A stretch of DNA of 62,994 nt, counting the filler, from Octopus bimaculoides (taxonomy: Eukaryota): the NCBI RefSeq assembly GCF_001194135.2. It is 6 parts of 4 records of this genome, joined end to end, with 100 filler letters (N's around TTAATTAATTAA, not from the genome) between each part and the next. Parts side by side here need not be neighbours in the genome. Positions count along the whole stretch, not along the records: positions 1 to 9,220 come from NW_026399894.1; positions 9,321 to 37,885 come from NC_068982.1; 4 more parts are not named here. One strand, 5' to 3'. How positions within the stretch are numbered: the stretch's first letter is position 1; every line of letters begins with the position of its first letter. The position numbers and the translations under genes are program-made. The notes below the pieces were generated by a model. That model was not told where the DNA came from, did not search any database, and saw only the letters and a program-made list of their open reading frames with translations. Below, piece after piece: positions 1 through 12,784 of this stretch.

Positions 1-33
1 CATACATACATACATAAGTATGTTATTCATATT

Positions 34-140
34 CTCTTGTTCTTGTATTTGTTTCAGGCATTTGACTGCAGTGACGCTAAGTTACGGGGACGCAAACAAA
101 CCAACATCGGTTGTCAAGCAATGGTGGGCGGTCGGTACAA

Positions 141-171
<31 letters not shown>

Positions 172-300
172 CATAATTATATGCGACAGGCTTCTTTCAG
201 TTTCCGTCTACCTAATCCACTGACAAGGCTTTGGTTGGCCCGAGGCTATAGAAGAAGACACTCCCCCAAGGCGTCACGCAGTGGAACTGAACCCAGAACC
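34..300 (-). mobile_element. tRNA-derived SINE family A (octopus OR-type), 5'-truncated with internal deletion
   Basis: Matches the near-full copy at 62486-62901 (ggctatagaagaagacact..cccaagg, gctaagttacggggacg, central CA/TA microsatellite). Confidence 0.8.
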
Positions 301-842
301 AAGAATATACATATATATATGATTATCTACTTATACCTCTGTGCGTGTTTGTGCGTGTGGGTATGACTATGAGTGCATGTGGATATATTAAAATTAAAGC
401 AGTTCTTTAATTTAAAAAAAAAATTTTTTAAAGACGAAAGCAAGAAGCGATTCCCAGTGGATATGAACTTCGGTCTACGGCTTTGAAACGTGACTCTTTC
501 GTATTTTATTTATTTGTTTTATATGACTTTAATTTTCACAGTCTGTATTTTTCGATTTTTTTATTCTTCAGGATGTGGTCGGCAAATATATAGAAGCGGA
601 CACGCATACGTACACACACGCAAATGCATATGAAAAATAGTGAACAGTAGTTGAAAGTAATTATGGTAACTACGGAAAAAAAAATTGAGGTAGTATTAAC
701 AATTGATTAATTAATTTTGTTTGTTTATTAAATACACATACACATAAATAGACAAAATTAAAAATAGCAACATAAATTCCATGGATGCACACACAGACAT
801 ACACACACATACACAGAGAGGAATGTATACATATATATCTAC

Positions 843-914
<72 letters not shown>

Positions 915-1044
915 ATATATATATTTCTATATACTCGTAAATATAGAAACAAATAGAAACGTATGTCAATACGGTTACGTTATTAATGTAGTTAGAGACT
1001 TGTGTTCATACTTACAAACAGTCAAGCACACATACATACATACA

Positions 1045-1075
<31 letters not shown>

Positions 1076-1475
1076 GCATACAAATATACATATATATATA
1101 TATATATATATANNNNNNNNNNNNNNNNNNNNNNNNNNNNNNNNNNNNNNNNNNNNNNNNNNNNNNNNNNNNNNNNNNNNNNNNNNNNNNNNNNNNNNNN
1201 NNNNNNNNNNNNNNNNNNNNNNNNNNNNNNNNNNNNNNNNNNNNNNNNNNNNNNNNNNNNNNNNNNNNNNNNNNNNNNNNNNNNNNNNNNNNNNNNNNNN
1301 NNNNNNNNNNNNNNNNNNNNNNNNNNNNNNNNNNNNNNNNNNNNNNNNNNNNNNNNNNNNNNNNNNNNNATATGATATTGAATATATCTTTTGACTTTTA
1401 CTTATGTTTGGATCTTGCCGGGTCACTACTTTGAAGAATTTAGTGAATTCAATGTTCACTTCTTTTTGTGGCAAT

Positions 1476-1736
1476 TATTCTATCGGTATCCGTTGCCGAA
1501 GCGCTAGTTTAGATGTGTTCCATGGAGCGATTGTCAATTAATGGTGATCAAATATACACACCCATGCACACACGCACGAACACATACACATACACACTTA
1601 TAGGACGGCTTCTATAGAGATTTCCTCTTCTAAATTCACTGACAAGGTTTTGTAGAAGTTTTACCAAGTTGCTGCACAGTGGGACTGAACCCGAAACCCG
1701 GTTGTTATAAAGTGAGCTTCATAACCATTCAACCAT
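1476..1736 (-). mobile_element. Decayed SINE family A
   Basis: ttattctatcggt..ttgccgaa and cagtgggactgaacccgaaacc blocks shared with other copies. Confidence 0.6.
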
Positions 1737-2403
1737 GGAAGCCATCATGCTCCTTTCTTCACTTCATACCTCTGGATATAAAGTCATAACACCGAATTAC
1801 TGTTAAATCAATGCGCATTCTCAGTAACTATCCGGTTGAAATAAAGGAAAATGTGCACCTTTTTAGTGTATAGCTTGTAGTCCCATACATTGTAGGCCAC
1901 TTGAGAAGAACAGTGAAGTTATATTTTGCAAGATTTCTCGATGGTACATAAAGTGCTCGAACTGCCCTATTGTCTGCTTCTAGTCGATTTAATATCACCT
2001 ACTCGGGGTATTAACAACAGTAATATATTATATAGTTAAACGTGTAATAACTGTTACTTCAACAGTGGCTGACGAGGAGAATATTCATCGAAACATCTCC
2101 ATCAAGTGCGACATGAGTTATATAAAGTCTTCCATACTTTGTATAGAATTCATCGTGCGTTTCTTTACCGTTATTTCATTTGTACCAATCAACTTTTGCG
2201 TCGTAGTATGTTCTCAGGGAATAGCTACCCCACAATAAGTGAAATAATACTGGGACAGTTTACCAGCGCGCGTATATATGTGTATATATACATGCTTATA
2301 TATATATATATAAAGTTGAATTTTACATAAAAACAAAAGACGAAGACAGGTGTATAAACAACAAGCAGGTGTATTAGTTTGACGCTCGGGGAAGTGAGAA
2401 GGT

Positions 2404-2439
2404 CTTTTATGTTTCGAGCCTACGCTCTTCAACAGAAAG
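2404..2439 (-). ncRNA. Minimal type I hammerhead-like motif, probably inactive
   Basis: Minus strand CUUU-CUGUUGA-A-GAGC(GUAG)GCUC-GAAAC-AUA-AAAG: stem I CUUU/AAAG, perfect 4-bp stem II, A6 replaced by U. Confidence 0.5.
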
Positions 2440-2598
2440 GAACACGAGTAAATAAACAGAGAGAAAAATTTTTTTAAAATCTTGTGGATTTAGTGATCAA
2501 TACGAACATAGATCTTCTCATGTGGGTATGTATTTAAATCAAATAACATAGATGTAGATGTACACACAGTCCCACACACAAATCTGTACATATATGTA

Positions 2599-2639
<41 letters not shown>

Positions 2640-3340
2640 NNNNNNNNNNNNNNNNNNNNNNNNNNNNNNNNNNNNNNNNNNNNNNNNNNNNNNNNNNNNN
2701 NNNNNNNNNNNNNNNNNNNNNNNNNNNNNNNNNNNNNNNNNNNNNNNNNNNNNNNNNNNNNNNNNNNNNNNNNNNNNNNNNNNNNNNNNNNNNNNNNNNN
2801 NNNNNNNNNNNNNNNNNNNNNNNNNNNNNNNNNNNNNNNNNNNNNNNNNNNNNNNNNNNNNNNNNNNNNNNNNNNNNNNNNNNNNNNNNNNNNNNNNNNN
2901 NNNNNNNNNNNNNNNNNNNNNNNNNNNNNNNNNNNNNNNNNNNNNNNNNNTCCGATCTAGAGATTCATTTATAAGTATATACGTTTAGAAAATATCTATG
3001 AATATTCACATATATACACTGAAAACAAACCGCTCCGTATCACCTCTGCGTTTATATCCACCACCGTTTAATATGCACTTTATACTCCGTGGGTCAACAT
3101 AATATCGACCAGCCACATACCAAGATATTAGGTAGGATACTTAAGACATTGCGAAACAAATCTTTTTTTTCTCTATTTTAGCCCCGGGTCACCTTAGATC
3201 GAACATATATATGTATGTTCAAAGGAATTACTAATACAACCAAACCGTCTTTTTCGGATCAGTAGAATGTGATTATAATTTTGTGTGTTTGTCTTAATGT
3301 GTCTTTCTTTCACTTATTTAAGGCGGTTGAATGCGAATTG

Positions 3341-3370
3341 GAGAGAGACAGAAGGAGAGAGATTGTGTGC

Positions 3371-3401
<31 letters not shown>

Positions 3402-3482
3402 GGTGATACAGAGAGAGAAAGAGAGAGAGAGAGACAGAGAGAGAGAGAGATAAGGTGATACAGAGAGAGAAAGAGAGAGAGA
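3341..3482. repeat. (GA)n microsatellite
   Basis: Direct reading. Confidence 0.9.
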
Positions 3483-3940
3483 GGGGTGGAAAGGTGGAGA
3501 CAGAATTGTAACGTGGCTGCTATTTTTAGCAAATCCGGTGACTATATACGAGCATGCTCTTCAATTCGTTAAAAACAATATTTTAATTTAGAAATCACGC
3601 CCACGAACGTCACTATCATNNNNNNNNNNNNNNNNNNNNNNNNNNNNNNNNNNNNNNNNNNNNNNNNNNNNNNNNNNNNNNNNNNNNNNNNNNNNNNNNN
3701 NNNNNNNNNNNNNNNNNNNNNNNNNNNNNNNNNNNNNNNNNNNNNNNNNNNNNNNNNNNNNNNNNNNNNNNNNNNNNNNNNNNNNNNNNNNNNNNNNNNN
3801 NNNNNNNNNNNNNNNNNNNNNNNNNNNNNNNNNNNNNNNNNNNNNNNNNNNNNNNNNNNNNNNNNNNNNNNNNNNNNNNNNNNNNNNNNNNNNNNNNNNN
3901 NNNNNNNNNNNNNNNNNNNNNNNNNNNNNNNNNNNNNNNN

Positions 3941-5680
3941 CAACAACAACAACAACAACAGCAACAAGAAAAACGATGACGACTACAACGATGACAGCAA
4001 CAATAACATCGGTGGCAACATTTAACGCTATTACGTGTACCACCACCACCACCACCACCACCACAACCACTACAACAGCAACAACAATAACAGCAACAAC
4101 AACTACTACTAGTACTACTACAATAACAACCGTGAGAACAAGAAAAAAATCGTCTTCACCACCACCACCACCACAACCTCCACCACCACCACCAACAACA
4201 ACATCAAGTAGAGCAAGGAGTAAAACTACATTGTGTGCTAAATCAGCTAGAAATAGCAGCCAAATTCCCACTAAATCACTCAGTACAACTTAAGAAAAAT
4301 ACAAACAAACAAACAAACAAAACGAAAACAAAATAGAAAAAAAAAATCAGTGTACACAAGGAAAGAAAGAAAGGATGGAATGTTTTTATTTAAAGGCCTG
4401 CTTAATTAAACACGACTGACCAGTGGTTTCAAAAATATCATCTTCAGCTAACAACAGCAACAACAACAACAACAACGCTTGATAACAGCAATAAATACTT
4501 ATTGCAATAAAAGCAACAGCAACTGCAACAGTGACAACAACAGCAGCAGCAGCAGCAGCAACAACAACAACAAGAATATGAGAGTTAAGACTAGCAACAG
4601 CCTTTTCCAACTGCAACAATAGCACGACTGTCAACCGCAATGTCAGACAATTCCACGGCAGAGTCGATATCCTCTCACTCCTCACGTACCGCCCCCCCCA
4701 CCGCCACCGCCACCTTTATGCTCTCTCCTCTTTAGTTATCATCATCATCAGCATCATCATCGTCGTCATCATCGTCATCATCGTCATCACTACAACTATC
4801 ATCACCACTACAACTACCACTTCTACAACGACGACGACGACGACGACGACGACCAAAACCNNNNNNNNNNNNNNNNNNNNNNNNNNNNNNNNNNNNNNNN
4901 NNNNNNNNNNNNNNNNNNNNNNNNNNNNNNNNNNNNNNNNNNNNNNNNNNNNNNNNNNNNNNNNNNNNNNNNNNNNNNNNNNNNNNNNNNNNNNNNNNNN
5001 NNNNNNNNNNNNNNNNNNNNNNNNNNNNNNNNNNNNNNNNNNNNNNNNNNNNNNNNNNNNNNNNNNNNNNNNNNNNNNNNNNNNNNNNNNNNNNNNNNNN
5101 NNNNNNNNNNNNNNNNNNNNNNNNNNNNNNNNNNNNNNNNNNNNNNNNNNNNNNNNNNNNNNNNNNNNNNNNNNNNNNNNNNNNNNNNNNNNNNNNNNNN
5201 NNNNNNNNNNNNNNNNNNNNNNNNNNNNNNNNNNNNNNNNNNNNNNNNNNNNNNNNNNNNNNNNNNNNNNNNNNNNNNNNNNNNNNNNNNNNNNNNNNNN
5301 NNNNNNNNNNNNNNNNNNNNNNNNNNNNNNNNNNNNNNNNNNNNNNNNNNNNNNNNNNCAACATCATCATCATCATCATAGTTGCCATTACAACCATCAC
5401 CGCCTCTACTATCGCAATCGCAATCTTGATCACGCTCATCGGTCACCACCACCACCACCACCACCACCATCACAACAACAACAACAACAACAACAGCAAC
5501 AACAACAGCAACAGCACCATCAGCATCATCCCGATGCACTTCATTATCGGCAATATACTTACCTTCACCCTATCCACTTCTGTCCCCCCCAAAACCTTCC
5601 TGCACCACATCATAATCATTATCATTAACGTCTTCATCACCCTTTACAATCACTCCACCACCACCACCACCATCTTTAGT

Positions 5681-5716
<36 letters not shown>

Positions 5717-5990
5717 GTCATCATCAACCTTATCGTCGGTATCACCAACACCATCAGCATCATTAATATCATTATCATAACTGACATCTTCCATTTCCCT
5801 CCTCCCCGTGCTCCTCTTCCTCTTCCTCCTGCACCACCACCTCCTTCACCTCATTTTCTTCATCACTGCCATCATCAGCTTCATCATTATTGTCACTAAC
5901 CGGCAATACCGATACCATCATCCTCATCATTTATCATCCACATAATCATCTCAGTCAGCATTCCATCGTTCTGCTGACCACCACGTAACT

Positions 5991-6040
<50 letters not shown>

Positions 6041-6864
6041 CCGTCATCATCACCACCACCACCACCACCACTACCACCACATGTCACTACATTGTCTTCC
6101 TCGTCGTCAACGCCATCATCATCATTGTCTTTATCACTATCATCCACATCATCAACGTCTTCGTCGTCATCGTCATCACCATCATCATAGCAATCAACAC
6201 CCCAACCAACACCAACACCAACCCTAACACCACAACCGTCATTACTGCGCCACCACCAAAACCACCATCACTACCACCACCACCACCACCACCACCACCA
6301 NNNNNNNNNNNNNNNNNNNNNNNNNNNNNNNNNNNNNNNNNNNNNNNNNNNNNNNNNNNNNNNNNNNNNNNNNNNNNNNNNNNNNNNNNNNNNNNNNNNN
6401 NNNNNNNNNNNNNNNNNNNNNNNNNNNNNNNNNNNNNNNNNNNNNNNNNNNNNNNNNNNNNNNNNNNNNNNNNNNNNNNNNNNNNNNNNNNNNNNNNNNN
6501 NNNNNNNNNNNNNNNNNNNNNNNNNNNNNNNNNNNNNNNNNNNNNNNNNNNNNNNNNNNNNNNNNNNNNNNNNNNNNNNNNNNNNNNNNNNNNNNNNNNN
6601 NNNNNNNNNNNNNNNNNNNNNNNNNNNNNNNNNNNNNNNNNNNNNNNNNNNNNNNNNNNNNNNNNNNNNNNNNNNNNNNNNNNNNNNNNNNNNNNNNNNN
6701 NNNNNNNNNNNNNNNNNNNNNNCACCGTTACAGCAGTAGTTATTACCTGCAAAACAATATCAATCTGCAACAATAGCAGTGACACAACAACAACAACAAA
6801 TGCGCTCACACACACACAGACACACAGACCAATAGCCGCAGTTGCAGCTCGTGCATCATCATCA

Positions 6865-6903
<39 letters not shown>

Positions 6904-7020
6904 TCGTCATCGTCGTCGCCGTCAACAGCAGTTGCAGAGCAACAGCAGCAGCTACCACTGCCACTGCAGCGACCAAAAGCAACTGCCATAATCAACCACA
7001 GCAATTGCACCCAGCAGTAA
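3941..7020. repeat. Trinucleotide-repeat island (CAA, CAC, CAT, CAG, GAC/CGT) interrupted by N gaps
   Basis: Dense, strand-biased triplet runs, unlike the dinucleotide SSRs dominating the rest of the window. Confidence 0.9.
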
Positions 7021-7556
7021 ATTGTTACATGCGCGTCGCTATTCCCATACATATACACAACCGCACACGTGTATATGTGTGAACGTGTGTGTGTGTGTAT
7101 GTACGTGCATATCTGATATATACATGTTGTGTGTGTATGCATTCATGTACGTATGTATTTGTATTTCTGTTTTTATATAGTATATGAAAATGAGTATATT
7201 TATAAATGTATACACACACACACACGCTTGCACCTGAGTGTGTGTATGTGTATGTGTGTGTGTGGTAGGGGGAATATGCGTGTTTACACGCACACACACA
7301 CACACACACACACATACACACACACACACACACACACGCAGAACAAGCGATTGTGCATGTATATAAGTGAGTATATGACTTGTAACTTACGAAATTTTGA
7401 ACGAAGTCTACAAGGCTCGCTTTTACACTGCTTATAGTTTTCAGTTGGCGAACTAAAAGAAATAAATATACCACAGCGTTGCAAGTGAGAGGATGAAAAT
7501 ACCTCTTGTGAATCAATTGTCGCGACATGTTATCCAGATAGCTATGACTATATGTG

Positions 7557-7589
<33 letters not shown>

Positions 7590-8114
7590 ACGTATGTATG
7601 CACATATATATATATATANNNNNNNNNNNNNNNNNNNNNNNNNNNNNNNNNNNNNNNNNNNNNNNNNNNNNNNNNNNNNNNNNNNNNNNNNNNNNNNNNN
7701 NNNNNNNNNNNNNNNNNNNNNNNNNNNNNNNNNNNNNNNNNNNNNNNNNNNNNNNNNNNNNNNNNNNNNNNNNNNNNNNNNNNNNNNNNNNNNNNNNNNN
7801 NNNNNNNNNNNNNNNNNNNNNNNNNNNNNNNNNNNNNNNNNNNNNNNNNNNNNNNNNNNNNNNNNNNNNNNNNNNNNNNNNNNNNNNNNNNNNNNNNNNN
7901 NNNNNNNNNNNNNNNNNNNNNNNNNNNNNNNNNNNNNNNNNNNNNNNNNNNNNNNNNNNNNNNNNNNNNNNNNNNNNNNNNNNNNNNNNNNNNNNNNNNN
8001 NNNNNNNNNNNNNNNNNNNNNNNNNNNNNNNNNNNNNNNNNNNNNNNNNNNNNNTATATATATGATTATATATATGAATATATATATTTGTATGTATATA
8101 TATATGTATGTATG

Positions 8115-8147
<33 letters not shown>

Positions 8148-8419
8148 ACGTATGTATGCACATATATATATATATACATATACATGTGTGTTTGTGTGTA
8201 TGTGTGTATGTATGGATATACATGTCTATATACGTATTTTTGTTTTCATTAAACTTCTCCCATAAAGTTTATGTATAGGTACGCGTGTCTAACACCCGCC
8301 TCCTCCAAACATGCTCACATAACGATACATATAACTGCAACTTTTAACCAACATACAAGTCCACAGACACTTAGACATACTTGCACTTCAAAACATCTCC
8401 CTTTCGTTTACTCTTTAAC

Positions 8420-8482
<63 letters not shown>

Positions 8483-8524
8483 TATTATTATTGTTGTTGT
8501 TGTTATTATTGTCATCATCATCAT

Positions 8525-8611
<87 letters not shown>

Positions 8612-9220
8612 CTCATTATTCCGTATTGCCCTTTTCATCGGTCGCACTGGTAGCATAAAAGATAAATTATCATAGTCTTCATCATCATCATCATCGTCAT
8701 CGTCGTGGTCGTGGTCGTGGTCGTCGTCATCATCATCCTAACCAGCATCATCATCATAATCCTCATTAATTTTATTAGTTTTGGTATTATTATTGTTGTC
8801 GTTGTTCGTCGTTGGAAGTTTTGCGTTTCTGTTTTTTTTTTGTTTCTTTGTTTTTCTTTGGCCTTTTATTTTTATTTTTATTTTTTGTTGTTCTTTCTAT
8901 TTTTGCTGTTATTTCTGACGGTCTTGTGTAGTACAGAAAGTAAAGGGAGGCTAATCACGCACCAATTCCCACCTTTACCTCTGCCACCACTATGGTTGCT
9001 GTCTGTTACACCACCTTCTTTAACGAGAGCTGCCGTGGCACTTGCGGCACACTCGCACCTTTTCCACAAGCCCGCCTTTAAAAGCACAGCAGCGACACTT
9101 TTACTTTCACTTTCGTTTTCTCATCTTTTGTCTCTTTTCTTTGTTGTTTTCGCTTTGGTTCTTGTTCTTGTCGCTCTTACTGGTGGTGGTGGTGGTGGTG
9201 GTGGTGGTGGTGGTGGTGGT
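8420..9220. repeat. (TAT)n/(CAT)n/(TGG)n triplet repeats with intervening unique sequence
   Basis: Direct reading. Confidence 0.85.
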
Positions 9221-9320
9221 NNNNNNNNNNNNNNNNNNNNNNNNNNNNNNNNNNNNNNNNNNNNTTAATTAATTAANNNNNNNNNNNNNNNNNNNNNNNN
9301 NNNNNNNNNNNNNNNNNNNN
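9221..9320. other. Artificial scaffold-join spacer (44 N + TTAATTAATTAA + 44 N)
   Basis: Exact 100-nt format repeated five times; the 12-mer gives stops in all six frames. Confidence 0.95.
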
Positions 9321-9344
9321 ATATGTAGATTTATATATGGATAT

Positions 9345-9638
9345 ATGTAAAATGCACCCTCCGAACGTGGCTGATGCCAGTGCTACCTTGACTGGCTACC
9401 GTGCTGGTGGCATGTAAAATGCACCATCCAATTGTGGTCGATGCCAGCCTCCTCTGGCCCCTGTGCTGGTGGCATGTAAAGAAAACACCCACTACACTCT
9501 CGGAGTGGTTGGCTTTAGGAAGGGCATCCAGCTGTAGAAACACTGCCAGATCAGACTGGAGCAGCCTCCTGGATTCCCAGACCCCAGTCGAACTGTCGAA
9601 CCCATACCAGCATGGAAAACAAACGTTAAATGATGATG
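9345..9638 (+). mobile_element. RTE-type 3' tail element (family D)
   Basis: gtaaa..cacccactacactctcggagtggttggc.ttaggaagggcatccagctgtagaaac...cccataccagcatggaaaac..gttaaa(tga)n; same tail follows the RTE ORF end at 17267-17712. Confidence 0.8.
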
Positions 9639-9731
9639 GATATATATATGGATATATATATGTGTGTATATTTGTGTGTGTATATATATATATGTTTGTG
9701 TGTGTATATATATATGTTCCATTTATATATT

Positions 9732-9778
<47 letters not shown>

Positions 9779-10017
9779 TGATATGGATATATATATAAAA
9801 TTAGAAATATTGCATTTCTAAATCTCTCAGGGAGACTTATACAGTAGCAACATGATAAAGTAATGGTTTGTTACCAACTTAATATGGCAAGGAAAAAATG
9901 CCACTGCTATTTACCCCCCAGGAAACATCGTTTTCAGCTGGCTATGTGACACAAGCGTTCTGTGTCCTTAAGTTTGCAAACAGGGAAGATAAGCACCTCT
10001 ACTCTGAAAAATCAGCA

Positions 10018-10060
10018 TCCAGAGGCTAGTTTCAGAGTTATTGCACTTCATCAGTTTGGA
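10018..10060 (-). ncRNA. Decayed minimal type I hammerhead motif
   Basis: Minus strand UCCAAA-CUGAUGA-AGUG(CAAUAA)CUCU-GAAAC-UA-GCC-UCUGGA; three single changes restore stems I/II and GUC with palindromic ACUAGU stem III. Confidence 0.5.
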
Positions 10061-10341
10061 GTAGCTTGGTTTGCTAGCTGTCGATGCTTATTTGCCTTTG
10101 AAAACTTAAAGAATTTCAATTGAAATTAATTCACTGATCTACAAAATTAGAAATAGAGATCACAAAAATGACAGAAGATGCTGGCTTTGGAGTTAATTTA
10201 ACTCTTATTTTAGCATAAGTGGTGCTGGCCAGGACCCTTTGTCACTTTTGTGGCCTATACATTTGTATATATGTATATATATATATATGTATGTATATAT
10301 ATGTATATGTATGTATATATATGTATATGTATGTATATATA

Positions 10342-10399
<58 letters not shown>

Positions 10400-11100
10400 T
10401 TTAATCAAAAGATTAAATGTGGTACTTAAAATGTTTGAGGCACCAAAATTTGGTTGGGTAAAAACCAAAAACAGAATCAAGAGATTTGGTGAATAAAATT
10501 TGAAGAAAAGCAACAAAAATTCATTAGGTTATAGCAGTACATATGTTTCGTACAAACTTCATTTATTTATGTAGTGAGAACACCACATAAGATGTGCAAT
10601 GAAAATGTACTCCTCAGCTGCATAATGGAAGTTCATTTTAGAAAGTCATTTTGTAGATGTGTACAAATACAAGAGTAGGAGATGAAGAAAGTACCATCTT
10701 GACTGAGCTTTTAATTGAAGCTTGTTAATTAGTTACATCAACATAAGCTGCTAGCGTCATGTGATCACAAAAGAGCTTGGAGAGATTGCTCAGTCTCTTA
10801 TAATAACATTTGTTGATATTCTTCCTTGAGTGAACAAAATGTTTTTATAGAATTGTTAGTCACAACTGGTCTGTTTCATGATCTTTGAGCTGAAAATCTA
10901 AAAATTTCTGTTCTGTCAATGGCTACTGTGCTGTGTTTAATTTTTGTAGTTCTTTTTTTTTTTTAGTAGTTGTTTTGTTTGTGGTTTTCCATTCTAGTAA
11001 GGGTTGGACAAATACATATCACTGATTTAACAATTCATGTGTTGTACATAGAATGCATACAATAATGTTTCAGTTCATTCTTAATATTTTCTGGCACATA

Positions 11101-11299
11101 GAGGCAGTGAACTGGCAGAATTGTTTAGCATGCCAGGCATAATGCTTAGTGGCATTTTATGCATTTTCACATTCTGAGTTCAAATTCCACCAATGTCCAT
11201 TTTGCCTTCTATCCTTTCAGGGTCAATAAAATAAGTACCAGTTGAGCACTGGGGTTGATGTAATCAATTTACCCTCTCCTCCAAAATTTGAAACTAATA
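11101..11299 (+). mobile_element. SINE family B
   Basis: ctggcagaattgttagca...ttctgagttcaaattcc...aataagtaccagttgagcactgggg; shared with 11908, 12500, 20797, 35800, 47865, 58203. Confidence 0.8.
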
Positions 11300-11708
11300 T
11301 GTCCTGATACATATGAACGTAAATATCTGATTGCTGTTATTTTTTAGAATCGGAGAATGTCCCTATTTAATAAGCATCAATAAATTGTTTGCTGATTTCG
11401 ACAAACAAGAGACTTGCGCTCTTGTTAGATTCGTTGGTCTAGTGGGGTAGCTTTGACTGAGGAGACACATTAATGTTGAAACACTGCAGTATCTTAACAT
11501 CTGCATACACCAGTGAATCGTATGTATAAACACACACAGTTTGAAGGAAGAAGCTGTTTTGTATTCACAAAAAACCCACAAATGATCAGATATTTACATT
11601 CAAAATTGCCAGAACATATCAATAATGAATATATACATTATTAAATTCAAATTACGACAAACGTAAATAAACAAACGAAGTATGCTTTTAGAAGCGTTGA
11701 GATGTCTT

Positions 11709-11802
11709 TAGAAAGTTAAAGAAGTGATTTTAAATTCTCAATCGCAGAATAATGCTAATAATTCTGCGATTGAGAATTTAAAATCACTTCTTTCACTTTC
11801 TA
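11709..11802. repeat. Near-perfect inverted repeat (42-bp arms, 10-nt loop)
   Basis: 11709-11750 is the reverse complement of 11761-11802 with one mismatch. Confidence 0.95.
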
Positions 11803-11907
11803 TACTTTATTGTTTGAATTCTTGTTGTTCATAGATACACATTATAAATTGCTTTTATCTTCTTTTCTATATAAGATACCCTCCTGAGTCTTTGATGCCT
11901 ACAAAAT

Positions 11908-12125
11908 GGTAGGTTTGAAATTTTGGTACAAGGCCGGCAAGTTTGGGAGAGTGGGATAGTCAATTAAGTTGACCCCATGGCTCAACTGGTACTCAATTTA
12001 TTGATTCCAAAAGGATGAAAGGCAAAGTTGACCTCGGTGGAATTTGAACTCAGAACGTAGAGGCTGACGAAATACCGCTAAGCATTTCGCCTGGCGTGCT
12101 AATGTTTCTGCCAGCTCGATGCCTT
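11908..12125 (-). mobile_element. SINE family B, near full length
   Basis: Reverse complement of the family B consensus seen elsewhere in the window. Confidence 0.85.
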
Positions 12126-12193
12126 TGTGTGTCACTAATATTAAAATACCATTTCACTCTTGTTGTAATCATTTGATATCATTTCAGTGATTT

Positions 12194-12469
12194 GGAAAGG
12201 TGCATAGCTGAGTGGTTAGGGCACTTGACTCACTATCGTATGATTGTGAGTTCAATACCTGGCAGTGTGTTGTGCCCTTGAGCAAGACACTTTATTTCTC
12301 GTTGCTCCAGTCCACTAAGCTGGCAAAAATGAATAGTACCTGTAATTCAAAGGGCTAGCCTTGTCACACTCTGTGTCACGCTGAATCTCCTTGAGAACTG
12401 CGTTAAGGCTACACATGTCTGTGGAGTGCTCAGCCACTTATATGTTAATTTCATGAGCAGGTTATTCCC
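12194..12469 (+). mobile_element. tRNA-derived SINE family C variant
   Basis: A-box TAGCTGAGTGG (12205), B-box-like GTTCAATACC (12250), ccttgagcaagacacttt domain, 3' part matching 55785-56143. Confidence 0.85.
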
Positions 12470-12499
12470 GGTGGAGTGCCAGTTAGTTCTGTCAATGAT

Positions 12500-12713
12500 T
12501 TAAGGCTGAATCATTAACGCCCAGATAAAACGTTTAGCAACATTTCTTCCAGCTTTTTATGTTCTGAGCTCAGATGCATCCGAGGTCAGCTTTGGCTTTT
12601 GTCCCTTTGTGGTTGATAAAATAAAGTAGCAGTCAAGTACAGAGGATGGCATAATCAATTAACTCCCTCCCCTCAAAACTGCTGGTCTTGTGTACCAAAA
12701 TTTGGAACCATTG
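12500..12713 (+). mobile_element. Decayed SINE family B
   Basis: ttctgagctcagatgc..gaggtcagctttg..gttgataaaataaagtagcag. Confidence 0.65.
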
Positions 12714-12784
12714 TTTCAGTAAATAAATTAGTGATTATTTCCTTTAATTGTTTCTGATTAACGATAATTTAATTCTATTTTCAG

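Noticed and set aside
2069-2103. CTGACGA..GAAAC hammerhead candidate on + strand
   Set aside because: Stem II is poor and neither stem I nor the cleavage triplet can be restored with few changes; at best a remnant.
8878-9087. 69-aa ORF on - strand in unique, moderately GC-rich sequence
   Set aside because: Non-ATG start, no recognisable motif; indistinguishable from UTR.
9265-9276. TTAATTAATTAA as a biological palindrome or piggyBac site
   Set aside because: Exactly centred in 100-nt gaps five times, so it is an assembly spacer. The natural run at ~15062-15090 is simple low-complexity sequence.
11348-11450. Acceptor-like site with a short open frame upstream of the KRTCAP2 exon
   Set aside because: Does not encode the expected KCP2 sequence and ends in a stop without a convincing donor.
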